Assembly (NCBI GenBank): GCA_021650915.1
Contig: CP091279.1
Coordinates: 2,220,001-2,252,000, forward strand
Length of the DNA: 32,000 bases
Direction of reading: 5' to 3'
Origin: Candidatus Brocadia sp.
GTDB taxonomy: Bacteria; Planctomycetota; Brocadiia; Brocadiales; Brocadiaceae
The position numbers and the translations under genes were made by a program. Numbering within the stretch: the stretch's first letter is position 1; the number at the start of each line of letters is the position of its first letter. The notes under the pieces were generated by a model that saw only the letters and a program-made list of their open reading frames with translations, was not told the origin of the DNA and made no database searches. This document shows positions 17,493-27,135 of this stretch, one piece after another.

Positions 17493-18335
17493 ATGAGAGA
17501 CCGAAGAATTGCCTTACTCATAATCATCATAATCTCTGTGTGCACCATTGCATGCGGATGTAAGAAAAAAGCAAGACTCTACGGCGTAACAACGTGGAAC
17601 GCAGGCTGCGCGGCCACGAACCTTCCCTGGTGGGATGACATGGGGCTTGCCTGGTATAATGAGATCGCCAATACCGCGCACTCCGGGGCATACGCTCAGG
17701 ACGGCCAGACCATCGACGGCAATGTCGTAGACAGCCTGTTCACCGATACCGGTCTGGTAAACTGGGGAAACGATCACAACAACATTGATGTTGCAGACGC
17801 TGCCCTCATCTTCATGCACGGCAGTGAAAGCAATGACCGCTGGCAGGGCAGTGTCAGGGTCGATGAGGCAGGCGCAGGAGATTGTCAAACCTGGCAGGGG
17901 GATATGCGCTTTGGCAACACCAATCTCAAGTTTCTCCATCTCTCCTCCTGCAACAGTATGGACGATAACCAGTGGGCCGACCGGTGGTGGGAATCCTTCA
18001 GCGGCCTGCATCAGGTGGATGGTTTTCATGGTTTCATGTGGATCGGGTCGGATCTGGTCAGCGATTACGAAGACTTTGCATCCGATGCCTTCACCGCCAC
18101 AATCGCAGACGCCTGGCTTGATAATATGTACCATGCGGATATCAGCGGCACGGATGACCAGTGCCCGGTGGCATACGCGGTGGGGGTCAACAGCGATGAC
18201 ACCTGGAACAGAATCGGCGCCGAACGGTATAACAACGTGCTTTCCAATCCCACCAGCGTAGGATACTGGGGAACCATTTATTTCGAGAACTGCGATCCCG
18301 CAAACGAAGACACCATCGGCACGGGTATCGATTGA
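17493..18335 (+). CDS. Exported lipoprotein of unknown function with a clan-CD-peptidase-like His-Gly / Ser-Cys pattern
   Basis: AGGAGG (17483-17488) precedes ATG 17493. The signal is MRDRRIALLIIIIISVCTIAC with a lipobox-like TIAC. ALIFMHGSESNDRW lies 44 residues before NLKFLHLSSCNS. The protein is Trp- and Asp-rich, and the segment is GC-richer than its flanks. Confidence 0.6.
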   Translation: MRDRRIALLIIIIISVCTIACGCKKKARLYGVTTWNAGCAATNLPWWDDMGLAWYNEIANTAHSGAYAQDGQTIDGNVVDSLFTDTGLVNWGNDHNNIDVADAALIFMHGSESNDRWQGSVRVDEAGAGDCQTWQGDMRFGNTNLKFLHLSSCNSMDDNQWADRWWESFSGLHQVDGFHGFMWIGSDLVSDYEDFASDAFTATIADAWLDNMYHADISGTDDQCPVAYAVGVNSDDTWNRIGAERYNNVLSNPTSVGYWGTIYFENCDPANEDTIGTGID

Positions 18336-18348
18336 GGAGGAACCAGAA

Positions 18349-19203
18349 ATGAAAATGAAAAGATGCTGCCTTATTATCGTTTCCGTCTGTTTTTTGGCGC
18401 TTGCCATGGTGAGGACTACCGTCGCACAGGAAAAAGAACAGACGCCGGTTTCTGATTATTCTGACGTAATCAAAGAATCTCTGCCTGCATGGAACGAAGA
18501 CGTTCTTAAGGCGCCAAAACAGAAGACATGGACGGAGCGCGCCTCAATGCAATCGTTGATTGAGGCGGTTCGGGACGATGTTCGGGGAAAACAGGAAAAT
18601 TTTCAGGATAACGAACGGAAGGTGTCCATCGAAAAGGACCGGGGGTATGTCCGGTATATCAATGCACATCGTGGTTACAAACACGGAGTCTCGCCTGCAA
18701 AGCCGGTAGCCGGGGATCAGGCTGAAAGGATGATCGTCGAAGCGGTGAAAATCATTGGTGTGCCGGAGGACGAGCTGAAAGGACCTCACGTGGCAACGGT
18801 CCTGGGTCAGGGTGGTTCGATTCAGGAAAAGGCAAGGGATGCGGCGTTTGCCAGGGAACAGCTTGTGTATATCGAGCGCACGGTCAACAATCTTCCGGTA
18901 TTTGCCTCTGAGATTAAGGGGTCGGTTTCGAATTCGGGCGAGATTGCCCGTCTGCTTGTTAAGTGGCCGGATTTTCTGATGGCGGACGTTCAGAAGATAA
19001 AGCCGCGGGATCAGGTAATCAGCACTATCCTCAGCCAGATCCGCGAGGCCTTGCAGGGGCAGCCCATTTTTTCGGTCAACATGAAACTCGCTTACACACC
19101 CTTACAGACTGAAGGAAAGATCAGGTATGTGCCGGGCATTGTGGTCTCAGTTATTCCCGCGGCAGGAAACGGCATCATGTTTACCGTGCCGGTTGCGGAT
19201 TAG
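18349..19203 (+). CDS. Secreted protein of unknown function, cotranscribed partner of 17493-18335
   Basis: GAGGAGG (18334-18340) overlaps the upstream stop codon, 8 nt before ATG 18349. The signal peptide is MKMKRCCLIIVSVCFLALAMVRTTVAQ. I could name no recognisable catalytic motif. Confidence 0.65.
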   Translation: MKMKRCCLIIVSVCFLALAMVRTTVAQEKEQTPVSDYSDVIKESLPAWNEDVLKAPKQKTWTERASMQSLIEAVRDDVRGKQENFQDNERKVSIEKDRGYVRYINAHRGYKHGVSPAKPVAGDQAERMIVEAVKIIGVPEDELKGPHVATVLGQGGSIQEKARDAAFAREQLVYIERTVNNLPVFASEIKGSVSNSGEIARLLVKWPDFLMADVQKIKPRDQVISTILSQIREALQGQPIFSVNMKLAYTPLQTEGKIRYVPGIVVSVIPAAGNGIMFTVPVAD

Positions 19204-19308
19204 CCCGCCGGATAGTTTGATACTACTGAATAGCTTCTGTCGGCAACCGGATTTCCTTCTTCTTTGGGTGTTTGAAAAAAATGGAGGAGAAAATTGATGA
19301 AAGACGGT

Positions 19309-20049
19309 TCATTTGATTTCAGGCGTCGCATTCGGATCAAAGGGATTCATTCTTACGGCAAAGGAGAAGAGATAGGGGTAATCGTCCTTTAAATGTCTCA
19401 TATATTCGAGCCATTCGAAAATGAGCGCCAGGTATGCCCGTTTTATATCGCCAGAAAGATGAGCATAGTCAGCATTTGACAACGTGCTCACGTCAGCCCT
19501 TGCGATTAGTTCTTCCGTCAGGTGAGATACCGCCCACAGAAGTTCTGTAAAGGACTCATGTTCCAGCAAATTGGGATTTTCCAGGAGGCGCAATAAAAAA
19601 TCCCTTTTCTCCACGAGAAAATTCCGCAATTCCGCTAAATTACCATTTTGACTATCCATGCGGCAGTCAAAACTTTTCACGCCTTTGCCGGTGTCAAAAA
19701 ATTCTTTTTCTGACCAGGTGTTCGTTACCACAAGATTTTCTCTTATTTTGTCAAAGGTGCGGTCAAAATGAGAAAAATACTGTAAGAGTTTTATTCCCAT
19801 CTCGCTAAAGAAGGCGCCAATTACCATGTTCAGTTTTTTCATAACAGCGCGCTTCTCCCGTTCACTGAGCAAGCGATGGATAATGAGGGTAACAAACAAG
19901 ACCTCTATTGGGACAAATGCGATGTCTCCGATCAGAAAAATAAAAATATGATGAGCATCCTGAAAGATTTCATAATGGATAAAATAGAGGAATGCGGATA
20001 TGGTAACAAGAGACAAACCCAAATAGAGTTGCCAATGCAGACGTTTCAT
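19309..20049 (-). CDS. Membrane protein of unknown function (two N-terminal TM helices plus a cytoplasmic helical domain of about 170 aa)
   Basis: ATG at 20049. The TM helices are LYLGLSLVTISAFLYFI and IFIFLIGDIAFVPIEVLFVTLII. It lies downstream of, and on the same strand as, the ferritin-like gene. Confidence 0.6.
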   Translation of the reverse strand: MKRLHWQLYLGLSLVTISAFLYFIHYEIFQDAHHIFIFLIGDIAFVPIEVLFVTLIIHRLLSEREKRAVMKKLNMVIGAFFSEMGIKLLQYFSHFDRTFDKIRENLVVTNTWSEKEFFDTGKGVKSFDCRMDSQNGNLAELRNFLVEKRDFLLRLLENPNLLEHESFTELLWAVSHLTEELIARADVSTLSNADYAHLSGDIKRAYLALIFEWLEYMRHLKDDYPYLFSFAVRMNPFDPNATPEIK

Positions 20050-20163
20050 GTGATGCCTTTAGGAAAAATTTTTTTATGCGGATTTTTGTTCGTGACAACC
20101 CCGACAAATCAATGCTTCTCCGGTTAACGGTCTCTTCCGCTTTGTAGCCTCATCGGGGTATCG

Positions 20164-20649
20164 TTACGACACTTCCATCATCCAGGGGATGTCTTCGCTG
20201 GCAAAACGAATCGTGGCTTCGGTGGCATAATGGTATTCTGTCCTGAAATATTCATAATGAGACTGTTCAACCCTGGCAAGCATGGCAAACATTTCCTGTT
20301 CCTTTCCGTCGGTTGCGGATGCAGCGGCCTTTTGATAAAACGCATATGCCTTGAATTCCGTATCCATAATAATCTTAATAGCGTCTGCAAAGGAAGCCGT
20401 CTTGGGTGGGGTTTCAGGCCGTACAATCTTTAATTTTCCCGTTTCCTGCACAACGGGGCGCTGGTGGTATTTTTTCTCATAATACGAGAAGAGCAATTCA
20501 TAGTGGCTCATTTCAACAGCGGCCATGTCCTCAAACTTGAGACGCACCCCCTTCTCTTCCATCTGGAGCGCCAGGCTTGAGTAAAACCGGCTTGCCTTGA
20601 TCTCCTCAGAAATGGCTGTTTCCAAAATACTTTTTGTTTCATATGGCAT
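20164..20649 (-). CDS. Ferritin-like diiron protein (rubrerythrin/erythrin family, no rubredoxin domain)
   Basis: There are two repeats of the E...ExxH diiron ligand pattern: EEIKASRFY / VEMSHYE and TEFKAYAFY / VEQSHYE. Confidence 0.75.
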   Translation of the reverse strand: MPYETKSILETAISEEIKASRFYSSLALQMEEKGVRLKFEDMAAVEMSHYELLFSYYEKKYHQRPVVQETGKLKIVRPETPPKTASFADAIKIIMDTEFKAYAFYQKAAASATDGKEQEMFAMLARVEQSHYEYFRTEYHYATEATIRFASEDIPWMMEVS

Positions 20650-20868
20650 AGCGTGCTATCCGGGAATTTAAACCAGAATTCTTCGCTTGTTTCTCTTCTT
20701 CGGAAGACAAGGACAGTCATTCCGTGCGAAGCGTTTGCTGTCCTTGACATACCTGCACTCATATCCACTTGAGTACATGCCTTGTCCCTCCGTTTTCAAA
20801 AAACTCCCGTGTTACGAAATTTCAAAGACAGGAGGGGGAATGCGTACTGATTTCCCGTTTAATGGAGG

Positions 20869-22026
20869 TTATTTTTTTATCCCCTTTAATTTTTCATACT
20901 GGGCAAACGATTTCCTGGCCTCCTCATTCAGCCCCTTCTTCTCATAAAGCGTCCCAAGGGTATTGTAAAGATCAATGCTTTCCGGATTAAGTTCCAACAC
21001 CCTGGAATATTCATAAATAGCGTCGTCTAAGGCCTCTTTGTGCTCATACACGCGGGCAAGCACCAGATGGAGCGTCGAATATTTCGGATTAATTTCAATC
21101 GCGCGTTGCAAGATTTTGACGGCATTATCTGCCATCTTTTGTTCGGTATAGACGACACCAAGGCAAATGTATGTTTTGAAATTGTTTTTATTGAGAGAGA
21201 TGGCATTCTCCCAGAGCTCGATGGCCTCCCCCGGTTGTTTGTTGTAGTAAGAGACGATACCCATCTCAAAATAGGTGTCGGGCTTTAACGCAATATTCAT
21301 TTCTTCAATGCGCCGCAATTTATTTTTTATCGCCACCAGTTTCTTTAACGTATTGGCATCCACTATCCGGTTTTTGGTTTCAGCAATGATCAGAGAAGGA
21401 ATGAATGCCTTTTTTCTTTCCAATACGAGCGTTTCCTCCAGCATTTCTTTCTCTTCCCTGATGAAATCGGTCGCTTCCTTCAGCGTCGTTTTCAGGCCGA
21501 GATTTTTGTCTTCCAGGAGAGATGTTTTTTGTTCCAGCGTTGTGATTTTTTGTTCGTAATCGCTCTTTACCTGCTGTTCTTTGGCCAGAGATTCTTCCTT
21601 CAGGCGATTTTCCAAATCAGCAGCTTGTTTTGTGAGTTCATCTTTATGAACATAATCATTCCTGAAAGACGTTAGTTTTTGTTCATAATCGTTTATCTTG
21701 TCATCGTAAATGGATTTTGACACATATTCCGTGGCTAATTTTTTTTCATACGCATCCACGGCATTCTCGTGAATTTTCTTTTGTTTGTCGCGGGTAAATT
21801 TGAGGGAGTTTATCAATTCATCTTTCTCTGCAAGCAGGGTATCGTAGTAAGGTTTTTCCTTAAAAAACCAGTAGCAAAAAAGCGCAACCACGGAAACGCC
21901 AAAGGTCGCAATCAGAATAACAGAAAGCTGTTTGTCCGTTTTGATGAAGGTGTTTTTTGAAGAGGCGGAAACTATTTTTTTGACATCTTTAAGACGGTTC
22001 AATACGTTTTCAAAGGACAATTTCAT
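20869..22026 (-). CDS. Membrane-anchored coiled-coil / TPR repeat protein
   Basis: It has one TM helix (LSVILIATFGVSVVALFCYWFF), a long Lys/Glu-rich heptad region and C-terminal TPR-like repeats (AIELWENAISLNKNN, AVKILQRAIEINPKY, AIYEYSRVLELNPES). Confidence 0.75.
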   Translation of the reverse strand: MKLSFENVLNRLKDVKKIVSASSKNTFIKTDKQLSVILIATFGVSVVALFCYWFFKEKPYYDTLLAEKDELINSLKFTRDKQKKIHENAVDAYEKKLATEYVSKSIYDDKINDYEQKLTSFRNDYVHKDELTKQAADLENRLKEESLAKEQQVKSDYEQKITTLEQKTSLLEDKNLGLKTTLKEATDFIREEKEMLEETLVLERKKAFIPSLIIAETKNRIVDANTLKKLVAIKNKLRRIEEMNIALKPDTYFEMGIVSYYNKQPGEAIELWENAISLNKNNFKTYICLGVVYTEQKMADNAVKILQRAIEINPKYSTLHLVLARVYEHKEALDDAIYEYSRVLELNPESIDLYNTLGTLYEKKGLNEEARKSFAQYEKLKGIKK

Positions 22027-22185
22027 ATGGTCATACTCCTATGCCGGTTGTTTTGAGAAATGACGAAATTTCATTTGTGAGGGTCATGGTGAGCCAGATA
22101 CCTTCTGTCTTTGCTGATGATTCCCGACATTTTGGTTTTTTTCCTCCGCCGCAGGTAGCCGGTTTTTTCCAATCCGCGAAAGAGA

Positions 22186-23250
22186 TCATCCAACATTGAA
22201 TTCGGTTGCCGGTGACGGCTCGTGTGATATTTTATCGGAGAAAATTTTCCTGAGTATGAGATTATCCGCCTCTTCCTGGCCCATCGGGACAACCTCAATA
22301 ACCCTGTGAGGAACGTCATTTTTCACCTGCCGCAGGGAAACTTTTGAAGTGGGTAAGACGTGTGATTTTCCGTACCGCGCGGTGACGCGTGCGGCAAGAT
22401 ATATCTTTTCTTCCGTGATCTCACCGCGCAAAAGGGTGAGAGGCCCAGGCATATCGACCAGCGTCAACAGAATATCTCCTTCCTGCGAAAGGGATTCGAT
22501 CCTTGCGTTGTCCTCTTCATTTCTCCCGACGATGGCTTTCGTTTGCTGGTCAAGCCTGAAATGTCTTCCCACTTTTAAAAGGTTGACGTCATTTACCCCG
22601 GCGTCGCAGGAGTTGACCAGATCTCTCATGCGGTGCGCAAATTCAGGGTCGGTGAGCAGGCAGCCGCCCGCGGAACAGGGATAATCTTTGATTTGAAACA
22701 CATCCGCAAGCTGTATCTGATCTTTCCGGGAACGTCCGCGAATCTGAAGCAATTTCTCCCGGTCGACCAGGCCTGTTTTCTCAGGGATCGTGGGCTCCAT
22801 ATGTTTGGCGCATAAAGGCCTCAGGACAAGCCCGGTAAGGTTTGCCTCTTTGTCAATAATCTTCATGGCTTCCTTCCGCTGAGACATCGGTCTCTGTCCC
22901 AGCACCTCACCCGTGATGATAAAGTCTGCGCCGATTTCCCGCATATATTCGCCCGCAATCCGAAAGATATTAATCCGGCAATCGATGCAGGGGTTCATGT
23001 TTTTCCCGTATCCAAACTTCGGTTTTTTGACAAGTTCAAGGAATCGTTCGGTCGTGTTAATGACCTTGATCGGAATTCCAAATTTTTCCGAGACCTTTAC
23101 TGCCTCAAGTTTACAGCTGCCATGCGACGTGCAGCGACAAAATACCGTTACAAAATTGAGCGCGATGACCTCAATCCCTTGCTGCTGGATAACACGGATA
23201 GCCAGGGTGCTGTCCAGACCGCCCGATAATAGTGCTAATGCCTTTGCCAA
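22186..23250 (-). CDS. PP-loop ATP pyrophosphatase, ThiI/MnmA-like tRNA thiolation family
   Basis: It has a TTG start at 23250 with AAGGAG 7 nt upstream, the PP-loop LLSGGLDS, and Cys clusters (NPCIDCR, YPCSAGGCLL). Confidence 0.7.
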   Translation of the reverse strand: MAKALALLSGGLDSTLAIRVIQQQGIEVIALNFVTVFCRCTSHGSCKLEAVKVSEKFGIPIKVINTTERFLELVKKPKFGYGKNMNPCIDCRINIFRIAGEYMREIGADFIITGEVLGQRPMSQRKEAMKIIDKEANLTGLVLRPLCAKHMEPTIPEKTGLVDREKLLQIRGRSRKDQIQLADVFQIKDYPCSAGGCLLTDPEFAHRMRDLVNSCDAGVNDVNLLKVGRHFRLDQQTKAIVGRNEEDNARIESLSQEGDILLTLVDMPGPLTLLRGEITEEKIYLAARVTARYGKSHVLPTSKVSLRQVKNDVPHRVIEVVPMGQEEADNLILRKIFSDKISHEPSPATEFNVG

Positions 23251-23353
23251 TAGTAAACTCCTTTGATAACCATGAATTTCCGTTCTTAAAGCTGGTAATG
23301 TGTTTTGAAATTCTAAACCATTCTATGGGTATCTTTCAAATAAAAAATGGAAT

Positions 23354-23382
23354 TTGACTGTTTCAGAACATCATGTTACACT
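23354..23382 (+). promoter_or_regulatory. Candidate promoter for the Memo-like / FDH genes
   Basis: TTGACT (23354-23359), a 17-bp spacer, then TACACT (23377-23382). Confidence 0.3.
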
Positions 23383-23454
23383 GTTTTTTTATGTAATATA
23401 CTCTACTGGTACATGACAACTTGCTCAGTTTTTCCAGCTTGCTTCAAAAGGGTA

Positions 23455-24261
23455 ATGATAATACGACAACCAGCGGTAGCAGGGAGTTTTTACAGTGACA
23501 ACCCAACCCAGCTGCAGAGCGATATAGAAGGTTTTGTGGTCAGGGATTGTGATAAACAGCCCGTTTTAGGCGTAATCTCCCCGCATGCCGGGTATATTTA
23601 TTCAGGGCGCGTCGCAGGAAACCTTTACTCAAGGATTACTATCCCTGATACCGTAGTTATCCTGGCGCCCAATCATACCGGTTACGGGGCGCCTTATTCC
23701 ATCTGGCCCGGCGGGCAGTGGCGCACCCCGCTTGGAGACGTAACGATTGATGAAGTGGTTGTGGAGGAATTGACCGATGCCTGCAGCCTGCTTGAAAAAG
23801 ACCGTGCGGCACATTTGTACGAGCATGCCGCTGAGGTGCAGATACCCTTTATCCAGTACTTTAATCCCCGCAGTGAAATTGTGGTGATCGTTCTCTCTGC
23901 CCGGAGCGTTGAAGACCTTAAAAACATAGGAAAGAAGCTATCTCAGGTATTACAGAAATTACGCCCTCATGCCCTTGTGGTGGCCTCGTCCGACATGACG
24001 CATCATGAATCACAGGCATCGGCTAACCGAAAGGATAAGATTGCCATTGGCGAGGTTTTAGCCATGAATGAGGACGCGTTATACAGCAAGGTGCGTGAAA
24101 TGAACATTACGATGTGCGGTATTTATCCGGCAGTTACCATGCTGGTTTGCTCAAAGGAACGGGGGGCGAAGAGGGCAGAACTCGTCCGGTACGAAACCAG
24201 CGGCGATATTACCGGCGATTATGACCACGTCGTAGGCTATGCAGGAATAATAGTGCGGTAA
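23455..24261 (+). CDS. Memo-like protein (AmmeMemoRadiSam system protein B family)
   Basis: The start is taken at ATG 23455 (MIIRQPAVAGSFYSDNP...). Supporting motifs are ISPHAGYIYSG, APNHTG and SSDMTHH. Confidence 0.8.
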   Translation: MIIRQPAVAGSFYSDNPTQLQSDIEGFVVRDCDKQPVLGVISPHAGYIYSGRVAGNLYSRITIPDTVVILAPNHTGYGAPYSIWPGGQWRTPLGDVTIDEVVVEELTDACSLLEKDRAAHLYEHAAEVQIPFIQYFNPRSEIVVIVLSARSVEDLKNIGKKLSQVLQKLRPHALVVASSDMTHHESQASANRKDKIAIGEVLAMNEDALYSKVREMNITMCGIYPAVTMLVCSKERGAKRAELVRYETSGDITGDYDHVVGYAGIIVR

Positions 24262-24337
24262 AAGGGGGAGGCGCTTGATTTTTTTACATATAGATTTTGT
24301 TTCTTTCCGGTTTGTCCAAGAGAGGAGAAAATAAGGT

Positions 24338-27034
24338 ATGGTAATGATTCCAAAAATTAAATTAACTATTGACGGCAAAACCGTAGAGGTGAATAAAGGG
24401 AAAACGGTTCTGCAGGCGGCCAACGCCGTCGGCATTCAAATTCCAACCCTGTGCCATGATCCGCGTCTTGAGCCTTTTGCGGCATGCCGTGTCTGTATGG
24501 TGGAGGTGGAGCGGGGGAAGTCGAGCGCACTCATCACTTCATGCAGCACCGAGGCTACCGATGGGATGGTAATCTGCACGAATTCCGATAAGGTGCTAAA
24601 GACACGAAAGATGGTTCTGGAGCTGATCCTTTCTGACCATCCCAAGGATTGTATGACCTGTGATAAATGCGGCGCCTGTACGCTACAGGACCTTGCATAT
24701 GAATATCAGGTGCGGGATAGCAGGTTCTTTGAAAAACCCGACGGTGGGGTTACCGAAGATGAAAACCCTGCTATTCAGCAGGATACCAGCAAGTGCATCC
24801 TCTGTGGCCGCTGTGTCCGTATCTGCGCCGAAGTGCAGCAGGATTATGCGATTGACTTTAAACATCGCGGATTTACGACGGAAACCGGTCTGCCCCTTGG
24901 AAAACCGCGGCGCGAGACGAGCTGTGTCCTCTGCGGCCAGTGTGTGTCCACCTGCCCCGTCGGTTCGTTGGTGGAAAAACAGGCCGTTGGAAAGGCGAGG
25001 GACTGGGAACTGAAACAGGTAAAAACCACCTGTGCATATTGCGGCGTAGGTTGCACGATGTATTTAAACGTAAAAGGGAACGAGGTTGTGAAGGTGACCT
25101 CAAAGACGGGTTCTATCCCGAATGACGGAAATCTCTGTGTGAAAGGGCGATTTGGCTATGACTTTGTCCATCACCCCGACCGGCTGAAGCAACCGCTCAT
25201 AAAGAAGAACGGAAGATTTGAAGAGGCAACATGGGACGAGGCGTTCGATTTTATTGCCGGTAAATTGAATGACATAAAGGCCAGATACGGACCTGATACG
25301 ATAGGGGTATTCAGTTCTTCGCGATGCACCAATGAAGAGAACTATCTGGCGATGAAATTTGCGCGGGCTGCGATTGGCACGAACAACGTAGACCAGTGTG
25401 CCCGGACTTGACACGCACCATCCGTCGCCGGTCTGGCGATGTCATTTGGCAGCGGTTCAATGACCAATTCCATCAGTGAAATCAAGGATTGCAAACTCAT
25501 CTTCCTCATCGGTGGCAATCCCACCGAGGCGCATCCGATTGTAGGACTGGAGATGAAAAAGGCGCTCAGCAAGGGGTGTGTCTTTATCGTTGCTGACCCG
25601 CGCCAGATATGGTTTTCACAGCACGCAAAGTTATATCTCCCTTTGAAACCTGGCACAGACAACTGGCTGTTAAACGCAATGGCGCACGTCATCCTTGAGG
25701 AGGGCCTCGAAAACAAGGAATTCATCAGGACGCGGACCGAAGGTTTTGAAGAACTAAAGGAATTTCTGAAGGATATTACACCTGAAAAAGCCTCGGAATT
25801 TACCGGTGTTCCTGCTGAAGACATCAGAAAGGCGGCAAGAATGTATGCCCAGTCGGAGAAGTCCGCAATATATTACACCCTGGGTATTACGGAACATACA
25901 TGCGGAACCGACAATGTACGAAGCATCGCAAATCTCGCCTTGTTAACCGGACACATTGGGAAACCGAGCACCGGGGTGAACCCCATCCGCGGGCAAAACA
26001 ACGTCCAGGGCGCCACAGACATGTGTTTGCCCGATAAATTGCCTGGATATCAGCCGTTTTCGGATCAAAAAGTTGTGGAAAAATTCGAAAAGGCCTGGGG
26101 CGTTACTTTGAACAAGACTCCGGGGAATACATCGCCAACCATGTTTGAACGTATGAATAAAGGGGAATTTAAGGCGTTGTATGTCATCGGGGAAGATCCT
26201 ATTATGAGCGAACCCAATCAGAAATATACCATCAATGGATTAAAAAACTTAGAGCTTCTGGTCATACAGGATATTTTCATGTCAGAGACAGCCAGGTATG
26301 CTGACGTAATCTTGCCGGCCACAAGTTTTGCGGAGAAGGACGGTACCTTTACCAACACCGAACGCCGTGTACAGCGGGTGCGCAGGGGGATCAATCCTGT
26401 TGGAAATGCAAAGCCTGACTGGAAGATCACCTGTGAGCTGTCCACCCGTATGGGGTATAAAATGGATTATCCTTCTCCCAAAGAGGTATGGGACGAAATA
26501 GCCAGTCTTGTGCCCATGCTTGCAGGCATTAATTACGGACGGATCGAACAGAACGGCATTCAATGGCCATGTCCCGACGTAAAACATCCCGGAACAAAAT
26601 TCCTGCACGAGGGCAAATTCCCGCGTGGTCTGGGCAAGTTTTTCGTGCTGCCCTACCGCGCCCCTGCTGAGAGCCCTGACAAGGAATATCCTTTATTACT
26701 TACTACGGGGCGAACCCTGTATCATTATGGAGCAGGAACGATGACCCGCCGGTCGGCTGGCATTATTCATAAGACAAATGACTGTTTCGTTGAAGTACAC
26801 CAGGCGGATGCCGGGGAACTGGGCATCTTTGACGGTGAAATGGTAAAGGTTGTTTCTCGCAGAGGGGAGATAACGGCCCGCGCCGAGGTCTCTGACAAGG
26901 TAAAACAGGGTGTCATCTGGATACCCATGCATTTTGCGGAGGCCGCCGTGAATAAGCTGACCATGGACGCCTACGACAACATCACCCAGACGGCCGAATA
27001 TAAGGTCTGCGGGGCAAAGATTGAAAAGCTATAA
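24338..27034 (+). CDS. fdhA: Selenocysteine-containing formate dehydrogenase alpha subunit (NuoG-like N-terminal Fe-S domains plus a molybdopterin/tungstopterin domain); one gene spanning track ORFs 24338-25411 and 25439-27034
   Basis: Both ORFs are in frame 2 and are joined through TGA 25409-25411 in the conserved context [30 protein letters not shown]. Cofactor motifs are 2Fe-2S (CHDPRLEPFAACRVC), 4Fe-4S (CILCGRCVRIC, CVLCGQCVSTCP, CAYCGVGC) and the MGD-binding C-terminus (LLLTTGRTLYHYG). Confidence 0.85.
25424..25440 (+). promoter_or_regulatory. SECIS hairpin for the FDH UGA
   Basis: GUCGCC (25424-25429), loop GGUCU, GGCGAU (25435-25440), starting 13 nt after the UGA. The loop GGUC and the flanking codons resemble the E. 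coli fdhF SECIS (GGUUGCAGGUCUGCACC), recalled from memory. Confidence 0.65.
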
Positions 27035-27063
27035 AAACTGCGTTTTGCAAAAGACCAGGATGC

Positions 27064-27092
27064 GCCTGGCGCAGCCAGCGGCAGCGCCAGGC
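27064..27092 (+). terminator. GC-rich hairpin between FDH and the carbonic anhydrase gene (no U-tract)
   Basis: GCCTGGCGC (27064-27072) and GCGCCAGGC (27084-27092) are separated by an 11-nt loop. Confidence 0.3.
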
Positions 27093-27135
27093 AATCAGTT
27101 TATGAATCAATAACCCTTAATATTCCGGAGGCAAT

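Noticed and set aside
17514-18407. A 297-aa ORF on the minus strand, as long as the plus-strand gene it overlaps.
   Set aside because: It is antisense to 17493-18335, runs across the start of the next plus-strand gene, and has no RBS or signal features. The plus-strand ORF has AGGAGG, a lipoprotein signal and translational coupling to 18349. The long shadow ORF is the expected result of the high GC content and lack of stops in this segment.
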